Below the pieces are notes generated by a model. It worked only from the letters and a program-made list of their open reading frames with translations. It was not told the DNA's origin and searched no databases. This document shows positions 55,029 to 62,397 of a DNA stretch of 64,000 bases, in pieces. Made by a program: the position numbers and the translations under genes. Source of the stretch: an uncultured Eubacteriales bacterium (GTDB taxonomy: Bacteria > Acidobacteriota > Aminicenantia > Aminicenantales > Saccharicenantaceae); contig CAZNPB010000001.1 in NCBI GenBank assembly GCA_964574895.1, positions 18,665-82,664 of the forward strand, read 5' to 3'. The stretch's first letter is position 1, and the number at the start of each line of letters is the position of its first letter.

Positions 55029-56203
55029 CCCCGTCCGTCAAGGGCCGGGACGCCGCCCTCAAATCGGCCCTCGCCGCCGCCGTCGTCGGCCTGGTCCTCT
55101 GGGGCGGGTTGCCCCTCCTGCGCCACCGGCGCTTCGACGTCCCGGTCGTCAAGGGGCCCGGCGTCACCCGGGTCCTGCGCTTGAGCGAGTTCTCGCCCGG
55201 CCTCAAGGGCACCCGCGCCGATACCTTCATCTACGTCCTCGAGGGCCGGGAGCCGGGCGGCAAGGCCCTGCTCATGGGCGACACCCACTCGAACGAGCCG
55301 GAGGGCATGCTGACGGCCCTCCTGTTCATCGAGAACGCCGTCGTCGACAAGGGCACGCTCTACGTCATCCCCTTCTTCAACAACAGCGGCAGCCGCAACA
55401 CGCGGGCCGGCGACGGGTATCCCTTGTACTTCGACATCGCCACGGACTGGGGCCGGCAGCGGTTCCGTTACGGCAACCGCGACGCCTCGCCCCTGGACCA
55501 GTGGCCCGACCCGGACGTCTATATCCACTACCCCGAGCGCCAGCTGCTGTCCTATATCGACGTCCGCAACACCAACCGGACCTGGCCGGGCCGGGCCCGC
55601 GGACCGCTCATGGAGCGGGTGACCTTCGGGGCCATGGAGCTGATGCGCCGCGAGGCGATCGACGTGGCCGTCGACATCCACGGCGCCGAAACGATGTTCC
55701 CGGTGACCAACTGCATCGTCGCGCCGGAGAAGTCGGTCAAGATCGCCACGCTGGCCTCGCTGACGGTCAAGGCCGTCGAGGGCTTCGAGAACCACGTCGA
55801 GGCCTCGCCCTCCGGCTTCCGGGGCCTGTCCCACCGCGAGATCGGCGATCACGGCCCGTCGCTGCCCTTCCTGCTCGAAGCCCCCATCCCCTTCCTCGAC
55901 CAGCCCACGGGTCCCAAAACGGTCAAGCTTCTGCTCGACGGCCGGGATCCGTTCCTGTTGAGCCTGTCGAAGAAGAAAAAGCTGTTCGTCCCCTACGACG
56001 AGAGCGGCTGGCCGCTGGAAAAGCGGGTCGGGCAGAACCTGTCCGTGACCCTCGAGATCTTCCGCCAATTCTCGAAAAAGACCCCGTCCCGGCCCCTGGC
56101 CGTCCGGGGCGTGCCCCGCTACGCCGACGTGGTCGAGGCCGGGGTCGGGCATTACCTGGCCGACCCCGCCAAGGCTCCGGCCGGCGGCGTGGTCATGAAT
56201 TGA
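55025..56203 (+). CDS. Membrane-anchored zinc hydrolase of the succinylglutamate desuccinylase/aspartoacylase (AstE/AspA, M14-like) family
   Basis: I set the start at MTPSVKGRDAAL inside ORF 54848..56203. N-terminal TM anchor. Zn ligand motifs HxxE (GDTHSNEPEG) and a distal His (VDIHGAE). Confidence 0.7.
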   Translation: MTPSVKGRDAALKSALAAAVVGLVLWGGLPLLRHRRFDVPVVKGPGVTRVLRLSEFSPGLKGTRADTFIYVLEGREPGGKALLMGDTHSNEPEGMLTALLFIENAVVDKGTLYVIPFFNNSGSRNTRAGDGYPLYFDIATDWGRQRFRYGNRDASPLDQWPDPDVYIHYPERQLLSYIDVRNTNRTWPGRARGPLMERVTFGAMELMRREAIDVAVDIHGAETMFPVTNCIVAPEKSVKIATLASLTVKAVEGFENHVEASPSGFRGLSHREIGDHGPSLPFLLEAPIPFLDQPTGPKTVKLLLDGRDPFLLSLSKKKKLFVPYDESGWPLEKRVGQNLSVTLEIFRQFSKKTPSRPLAVRGVPRYADVVEAGVGHYLADPAKAPAGGVVMN

Positions 56204-56241
56204 TCGGGCCGGCCCCGCGCGCCGCCCGGGAGGTATCCGCG

Positions 56242-57960
56242 ATGTTCATCAAGCGAACGATCCCCGCTCTCTTGGCCGTGGCGGCCGTCCTGCTGCTGGC
56301 CGGCGGCGTCACCCTGGACCGGGCGGCCGCGCCGGACGCCGGCGACCCGGCCTCCGAGGCCTGCACCGTCATCATGGTCGGCAAGGACGCCTCGACGGAC
56401 GGTTCCGTCATGAGCACCCACGCCGCCGACTGCGGCGTCTGCGATTTCGTCTGGCGGCACGTCCCGGCCGCGGACCACAAGCCGGCGGAGAAGCGGCGGC
56501 TCTACAACATCGACCAGATCCGGACCTGGCCGCCCGCCGAGGGCGGCAAGTGGGCGGCGGTGCTGAAGGACCCGACCGCGGTCGAGATCCCCCAGCCGGC
56601 CCACACCTACGCCTACCACCACTCCATCTTCGGCTACATGAACGACCAGCAGCTGGCCATCGGCGAGTCCACGATCGGCAACGTCCGCAAGATCGGCAAC
56701 CCGACGCCGACCCCGGCCACCAACATCACCATGCTGACGCTCCTGGCCATGGAGCGCTGCCGGACCGCCCGCGAGGCCATCCGGTTCATGGGCGAGCTGG
56801 CCGAGAAGTACGGCTACGGCTACCACGACGGCGGCGAGATGCTGGCCGTCTCCGATCCGCGGGAGATCTGGGTCTTCGAGATCATGCCCGTGGGGCCCCT
56901 CTGGACCCCCGACGGCGGCAAGCCCGGGGCCGTCTGGGCGGCCCAGCGCGTCCCCGACGACCATGTCGCCGTGTGCACCAACGAGTCCATCATCGGCGAG
57001 CTCGACCTGGGGGATCCCGACTTCTTCATGGCCTCCGCCCACGTCGAGTCCTACGCCGTCGAAGCCGGGCTCTACGAGCCCAAGGCCGGAAAGCCCTTCA
57101 GCTGGAAGCGGGCCTATTCGCCGGCCGAGGGCAGCGCCGTCAGCACGGCCGGGCGCCGCTCGCGGACCTGGCGCTTCTTCGACCTGGTCGCCCCGTCCCG
57201 GAAGTTCAAGCCCGAGACGCCCAACATGGACTTCCCCTTCTCGGTCAAGCCCGACCGCAAGCTCTCGGCCCAGGACGTCATGGCCCTGACCCGGGACAAA
57301 TCCGAGGGCTCGATCTTCGATCCCGTCCGCGGCCTGCGCGGCGGCCCGTTCAAGAACCCGAACTATTACAAGGGGACGCGGCTCATCAGCGTCTCCAACG
57401 TCGAGTACACGACCCTGACGCAGTGCCGCTCCTGGCTGCCGGCCCCGGTCGGCGGCCTGGTCTGGGTGGCCCTGGGCGCCCAGGACACGTCCTGCTACGT
57501 CCCGTTCTACGCCGGGGCCACGGACGTCCCGGCCGCCTTCACCGTCGGCGACCATTTCGTCCTCGACCGGCGCTCGGCCCGCTGGGCCTTCGACTACGTC
57601 GACTTCCACGTCCAGGTGGCCTACAACGCGGCCATCGAGGACGTCAGGTCGGCCCGGAAGACCTGGGAGGACGGGGCCTTCGCCAAGGTGGCCGAGGTCG
57701 ACACCCGGGCCGCCGAGCTCTACAAGCGCAGCCCCAAAGAGGCCCTCAAGTACGTCACCGGCTTCACCCTCAACAACGCCCAGAGCGTCGTCGACGCCTG
57801 GTGGAAGCTCGGCGACGACCTATGGGTCAAGTACAACCATCTGGCCCTCTACGACGCCGGGAAGCGGCGCAGCGGCCGCATCCCGACGGCCAACCCCGAC
57901 TGGTGGAACAAAGCCGTGCGGGCCCTCGACGTCTTGAGCGAGCCCGACGTCAAGAAATAA
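56242..57960 (+). CDS. Secreted C69-family (Ntn-hydrolase) dipeptidase, copy 1
   Basis: I set the start at MFIKRTIPALLAVAAVLLLAG (signal peptide). Nucleophile Cys context EACTVIMVGKDASTDGS. GGAGG RBS. Confidence 0.85.
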   Translation: MFIKRTIPALLAVAAVLLLAGGVTLDRAAAPDAGDPASEACTVIMVGKDASTDGSVMSTHAADCGVCDFVWRHVPAADHKPAEKRRLYNIDQIRTWPPAEGGKWAAVLKDPTAVEIPQPAHTYAYHHSIFGYMNDQQLAIGESTIGNVRKIGNPTPTPATNITMLTLLAMERCRTAREAIRFMGELAEKYGYGYHDGGEMLAVSDPREIWVFEIMPVGPLWTPDGGKPGAVWAAQRVPDDHVAVCTNESIIGELDLGDPDFFMASAHVESYAVEAGLYEPKAGKPFSWKRAYSPAEGSAVSTAGRRSRTWRFFDLVAPSRKFKPETPNMDFPFSVKPDRKLSAQDVMALTRDKSEGSIFDPVRGLRGGPFKNPNYYKGTRLISVSNVEYTTLTQCRSWLPAPVGGLVWVALGAQDTSCYVPFYAGATDVPAAFTVGDHFVLDRRSARWAFDYVDFHVQVAYNAAIEDVRSARKTWEDGAFAKVAEVDTRAAELYKRSPKEALKYVTGFTLNNAQSVVDAWWKLGDDLWVKYNHLALYDAGKRRSGRIPTANPDWWNKAVRALDVLSEPDVKK

Positions 57961-57987
57961 GGTCCCCCCGAGAGAAAGGAGCGAGCG

Positions 57988-59718
57988 ATGAAGATGAAGC
58001 ATCTGGGCGCCTTGGGCCTGGCCCTGGTTCTGGCCTTCGCGCTGACCGGCCATTCCGCCCCGGCGCAGGAGCCGGCCTCGGCCGACACCGGCTTCGCGGC
58101 CGTCCACGGCGAGGGCTGCACGGTCATCATCGTCGGCAAGGACGCCTCGACGGACGGCTCCGTCATGACCACCCACACCTGCGACTGCGGCGCCTGCGAC
58201 TGGACCTTCCGCCGGGTCGCCGCGGCCGACCACAAGCCCGGCTCGACGCGGAAGATCTATCACGTCTCCCAGTACCGGACCTGGCCGCCCTCCGAAGGCC
58301 TCAAGTGGGACCTCATCAAGAAGGATTACGCCGGGATCGAGATCCCCGAGCCGCCGCACACCTACGGCTACATCCACGGCAGCTTCGGCTACATGAACGA
58401 CAAGCAGGTGGCCATCGGCGAATCGACGATCGGCTGCCAGCGCAAGATGGAGAACCCGACGCCCGCGGCCAAGCTCGACCTGACCATGCTGACGCTCCTG
58501 GGGATGGAGCGCGCCGGCACGGCCCGCGAGGCCGTCCAGATCATGGGCGGCCTGGCCGAGAAATACGGCTACGGCTTCCACGACGACGGCGAGATGCTGG
58601 CCGTGGCCGATCCGAAAGAGGTCTGGATCTTCGAGATCATGCCCGTCGGCCCGCTGTGGACCCCGGAGAGCGGCAAGCCGGGCGCGGTCTGGTGCGCCCA
58701 GCGCGTGCCCGACGACGAGGTCAGCGTCTGCCCGAACGAGAGCCGCATCGGCGAGATCGACCTGGCCAACAAGGACTTCTTCATGGCCTCGCCCAACGCC
58801 GTCTCCCTGGCCGTCGACCTGGGCTATTACGACCCCAAGAGCGGCAAGCCCTTCAACTGGAAGCGGGCCTATTCGCCCGTCGAAGGCAGCGCGGTCAGCA
58901 CCAACGGCGGCATCCAGCGGCTGTGGCGCTTCTTCGACCTGGCCGCCCCGTCCAAGAAATTCAAGCCCGAGACCCCGAACATGGACCTGCCCTTCTCGGT
59001 CAAGCCGGACAAGAAGATGTCGGTCCAGGACGTCATGGACATGACCCGCGACCGCAGCGCCGGCACGCCGTGGGACCCGCTCAAGGGCATTCGGGGCGGA
59101 CCGTTCAAGAATCCCAACTACTTCAACCGCCGCGCCCCGCGGGTGATCGACGACGGCCGGGCCGAGTACACGACCGTCACCCAGTGCCGGGCCCAGCTGC
59201 CCGACCCCATCGGCGGCCTGGTCTGGATCTCCTTCGGCTCCCAGGACACGGCCTGCTACATGCCCTTCTACGCCGGCGTGACGGAGCTGCCGAAGTCGTT
59301 CTCCGTCGGCGACCACTGGACCTTCAGCCGGGATTCCGCCCGCTGGGCTTTCGACTACACCGACTTCCATGTCCAGGTCGCCTTCTCCGAGGCCATCAAG
59401 GACGTCCAGGCGGCCCAGGCCAAGTACGAGCGCGATCTGGTGGCCCGGATCGGCGAGATCGACCAGCAGGCCCTGGCCCTGTACAAGAAGAAACCCGCGG
59501 ATGCGGCCAGGTTCCTGACCGGCTTCTCGCTCAACAACGCCCAGACGGTCGTCAACGCCTGGTGGAAGCTCGGCGACGACCTGCTCGTCAAGTACAACCG
59601 GCTCTACCTCTACGACACGGAGAAGCGGAGCTACGACCGCGGCAAGCCGGCCCTGCCGGAATGGTGGAAGAAAGCCGTCCGGGCCATGGACATCCTGATG
59701 GAGCCGGACAAGAAGTAA
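57988..59718 (+). CDS. Secreted C69-family (Ntn-hydrolase) dipeptidase, copy 2
   Basis: Signal peptide. GCTVIIVGKDASTDGS. Collinear with copy 1 at roughly 60-65% identity by eye. Confidence 0.85.
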   Translation: MKMKHLGALGLALVLAFALTGHSAPAQEPASADTGFAAVHGEGCTVIIVGKDASTDGSVMTTHTCDCGACDWTFRRVAAADHKPGSTRKIYHVSQYRTWPPSEGLKWDLIKKDYAGIEIPEPPHTYGYIHGSFGYMNDKQVAIGESTIGCQRKMENPTPAAKLDLTMLTLLGMERAGTAREAVQIMGGLAEKYGYGFHDDGEMLAVADPKEVWIFEIMPVGPLWTPESGKPGAVWCAQRVPDDEVSVCPNESRIGEIDLANKDFFMASPNAVSLAVDLGYYDPKSGKPFNWKRAYSPVEGSAVSTNGGIQRLWRFFDLAAPSKKFKPETPNMDLPFSVKPDKKMSVQDVMDMTRDRSAGTPWDPLKGIRGGPFKNPNYFNRRAPRVIDDGRAEYTTVTQCRAQLPDPIGGLVWISFGSQDTACYMPFYAGVTELPKSFSVGDHWTFSRDSARWAFDYTDFHVQVAFSEAIKDVQAAQAKYERDLVARIGEIDQQALALYKKKPADAARFLTGFSLNNAQTVVNAWWKLGDDLLVKYNRLYLYDTEKRSYDRGKPALPEWWKKAVRAMDILMEPDKK

Positions 59719-59741
59719 CGCGGAAGACAAGGAGACCCGCA

Positions 59742-60392
59742 ATGAGCAAGCGCATCCTCATCGGCCTGGCCGCCGCGGCGGTCCTGGCCGTATCCCTCCC
59801 GGCGGCGGGCCAGGTCCCGGCCAAGGTCGGCCTGCCCATCCTGACGACCTCGGCCGGCCAGAGCACCGACGTCACGACCCTCAACATCGTCCTCGACGAA
59901 GCCGGGCTGTCCTACGATTATTGCGACGTCCCGACGGCCGAGATGGTGGCCGACGGCGTGGGCCTCGGCGGCCGCGAGTCCGGCCCCGGCTTCCATATCG
60001 AGTCGACGACCGACCCGGCCAAGTTCCCGGCCGGCACGCCGTACAAGGCCGTCGTCTTCGCCATCGGGGCCAGCCTCAAGGGCATGGGCGCCTCGGGCCT
60101 GACCCTCGACAGCGAAGAGGCCCGGCTGAAGAAGGTCCTCGAGTACTGCAAGCAGCACAAGATCTTCGTCATGGCCGTCCACATCGGCGGCGAATCCAAG
60201 CGCGGCCCGGCCGGCAGCGACAACGAGCGCATGATCGACGCCGTGGCCCCCTTCGCCGATTACCTCGTCGTGACCAAGGACAGCAACAAGGACGGCCGCT
60301 TCGCCAAGATCGCCCAGTCCAAGAAGATCCCGATGAGCGAGATCGACTACGCCCTGGGCCTCGTGGACATCGTCAAGCAGGTGTTCCAATAG
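59742..60392 (+). CDS. Secreted protein of unknown function (alpha/beta-looking, 216 aa)
   Basis: I set the start at MSKRILIGLAAAAVLAVSLPAAG inside ORF 56550..60392. AAGGAG RBS. I recognise no motif with confidence. Confidence 0.65.
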   Translation: MSKRILIGLAAAAVLAVSLPAAGQVPAKVGLPILTTSAGQSTDVTTLNIVLDEAGLSYDYCDVPTAEMVADGVGLGGRESGPGFHIESTTDPAKFPAGTPYKAVVFAIGASLKGMGASGLTLDSEEARLKKVLEYCKQHKIFVMAVHIGGESKRGPAGSDNERMIDAVAPFADYLVVTKDSNKDGRFAKIAQSKKIPMSEIDYALGLVDIVKQVFQ

Positions 60393-60412
60393 GGCCGGAA
60401 GCGGCCGGCCGG

Positions 60413-61339
60413 CTAACGGATCCTCTTCAGGGCCGCGGCGGCCGTCGGACCGATGCCGACCAGCAGCCGCGGGCCTGACGGCGCGAAAGCGGCGTAGCGG
60501 CCCTTCGGGTCCCGGAAAACGGGGGCGCCGTCCGCCGCGGCCGGCGCCGGAGCGAACCTCTTCGACGCCTCGAGCGCGGCCCGCAGCTCGTCCCAGGCCC
60601 CGGCCCGGACGTCCTCCCGGCCGTAATCCAGGATGATCGAGGACGTTCCGTCCTCGTATTCGGCCGCGACCGCCGACCGGAATCCCAGGCCGCTGGCGGT
60701 GTAAAAGGGATAGACGTTGTTCAGGCCCAGCAGCCCCTTCAGGAATTTGACGCTTTTCGGCTTCAGACCTTGTGACGGCAGGGTCGCGGGCAGGTCCGGA
60801 AGGGCGGCCGTTTCCGCGATCTTCGCGTCGACCGCGCCGGCGAGGGCCTGCAGCCCGGCCAGCGTTTCCGGCGCCTGGTCGAAGCCGGTCAGGGTCGCGA
60901 GATAAGGTCCCTTCCAGAAGTTCAGGTAGTAGTCCTCGAGGTCGCCGCCCCCGCCGAGCGCGACGCTCTTCCCCTTGCCCGACCGCTTGAAGGTGTAGAT
61001 GCCGTAGGCCGCTTCCGGCGTGGCCATCTCGAAGAGCTCGAGCGAGACGGAGGCGCCGGCCGCGGTCCTGTAATCCTGGACGGCGACGCGACGGAAGCCG
61101 TATTCCTGGTAGATCTCGGCCCCGCCGTCGATATAGGCGTAGAGGTCGTCGCCGGCGAACTCCTGGACCTCGCCGTCCCGGCTCCAGCCCGGCACGGCGC
61201 CGTCGGCCGGCAGCAGGTCCCGCAGGGATTCGGGCCCGACGGCCAGGCCCCCCGCCGCCCCGGCCAGACCCAGGAGGCAGGCCAGGGCCAGTCCCGCGGC
61301 CGTCCGTCGCCCGGCGGAAGTCCCCCGACAGGCGGGCAT
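60413..61339 (-). CDS. Secreted protein of unknown function (308 aa)
   Basis: I set the start at MPACRGTSAGRRTAAGLALACLLGLAGA. The ATG overlaps the stop of the upstream DUF362 gene (ATGA). No catalytic motif recognised. Confidence 0.6.
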   Translation of the reverse strand: MPACRGTSAGRRTAAGLALACLLGLAGAAGGLAVGPESLRDLLPADGAVPGWSRDGEVQEFAGDDLYAYIDGGAEIYQEYGFRRVAVQDYRTAAGASVSLELFEMATPEAAYGIYTFKRSGKGKSVALGGGGDLEDYYLNFWKGPYLATLTGFDQAPETLAGLQALAGAVDAKIAETAALPDLPATLPSQGLKPKSVKFLKGLLGLNNVYPFYTASGLGFRSAVAAEYEDGTSSIILDYGREDVRAGAWDELRAALEASKRFAPAPAAADGAPVFRDPKGRYAAFAPSGPRLLVGIGPTAAAALKRIR

Positions 61340-62271
61340 CAGGCCCTGGCCTCGCGGAGGCCCTTGGCCCCGGGATCGATCCGGCCCAGGCCCTGGGCCG
61401 CCGCGCGCTCGATCTGGACGACATCCTGGGGCTTGAGCCCCCAGAGCGAAGCGCAATAGGCGTCCACGGCCACCCGGTCCACGCCGGCCACGACCTTATG
61501 GGGCTTGAGGAGCTCGCCGGGGCCGAAGGGGCCGTTGGTGACGATGAACTCGGTCGCGTCGACGACGTTGAGGGCCGGCTGGACGGCCTTGTTCAGGTCG
61601 ACGATGCACTGGTCGAGGTGGGCGATGTCGCCGGGGTCCGTCTTCCAGTTGGGACGGTGGAAGGTCCGGTTGTTCGCCGGCGAGTTCAGGCCCATGAGGT
61701 TCTTCATGGAGCCGGTGAACTCGTTGCCGGCGTGGTCCTTGGTGATCGGCATGTTGATGAGCGCGTCGTAGTCGTCGAGGGCCGCCAGGACGCGGGCCTC
61801 CGGGAGGGCGAGGCCGCCCGGCACCGGGACCGGCTTGAACAGGGACTCGTCCTTCTCGAAGATCCTCAAGCCGGCGCCTTCGGCCTCGATCACGGCCTTC
61901 AGACCGGTGTCCTCCCATTGCTTGACCGTCTGCCAGCTCAAGGCCTCGACCTTGGCCGCCCCGGCGGCCCGACAGAGCCGGATGACGGCCCGCAGGACCT
62001 CGGGCTTGGTGAACGAGCCCGGATGGCGGCTCTGGACGTTCGGCAGCAGGGCCACTTTGTCTCCCCGGGAAACGAACCTGCCCATGCCGCCCAGGAGATC
62101 GACGGCCCGGGCCGCCGCCTTTCCGAAATCGTCGCCCCGACCCACGCCGACGATCGGCCGGGCCCGGCCCGCGGCGGCCGCCGCCGACCCGAGAGGCGTT
62201 CCCAGCACCAGGGCCAGGCCGGCCCCGGCGCCGGCCTTGACGAATTCGCGTCGTCCGAGCTTACGATCCAT
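61339..62271 (-). CDS. DUF362 domain protein with twin-arginine (Tat) signal
   Basis: I set the start at MDRKLGRREFVKAGAGAGLALVLG (RRxFxK Tat motif) inside ORF 61339..63747. The DUF362-like core has VALLPNV...ITKDHAGNEFTGSMKNLMG...VVDAT. AAGGAGG RBS. Confidence 0.75.
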   Translation of the reverse strand: MDRKLGRREFVKAGAGAGLALVLGTPLGSAAAAAGRARPIVGVGRGDDFGKAAARAVDLLGGMGRFVSRGDKVALLPNVQSRHPGSFTKPEVLRAVIRLCRAAGAAKVEALSWQTVKQWEDTGLKAVIEAEGAGLRIFEKDESLFKPVPVPGGLALPEARVLAALDDYDALINMPITKDHAGNEFTGSMKNLMGLNSPANNRTFHRPNWKTDPGDIAHLDQCIVDLNKAVQPALNVVDATEFIVTNGPFGPGELLKPHKVVAGVDRVAVDAYCASLWGLKPQDVVQIERAAAQGLGRIDPGAKGLREARA

Positions 62272-62304
62272 GGCTTTCCTCCTTGGGCCGCGAGGCCCGC
62301 GGCC

Positions 62305-62334
62305 ATTTTCGCACACCTCCGGCCGGACACGCAA
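62305..62334 (-). promoter_or_regulatory. Candidate promoter TTGCGT-18-(TGC)GAAAAT for the DUF362 operon
   Basis: The minus strand reads ttgcgt...gtgTGCGAAAAT, 33 nt upstream of the ATG at 62271. Confidence 0.4.
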
Positions 62335-62397
62335 CGATTTGGCTTCCCGGCGCCAAGTGTGATAGATAAAAATCATCCGGTCGCGAGGAGAAGTCCC

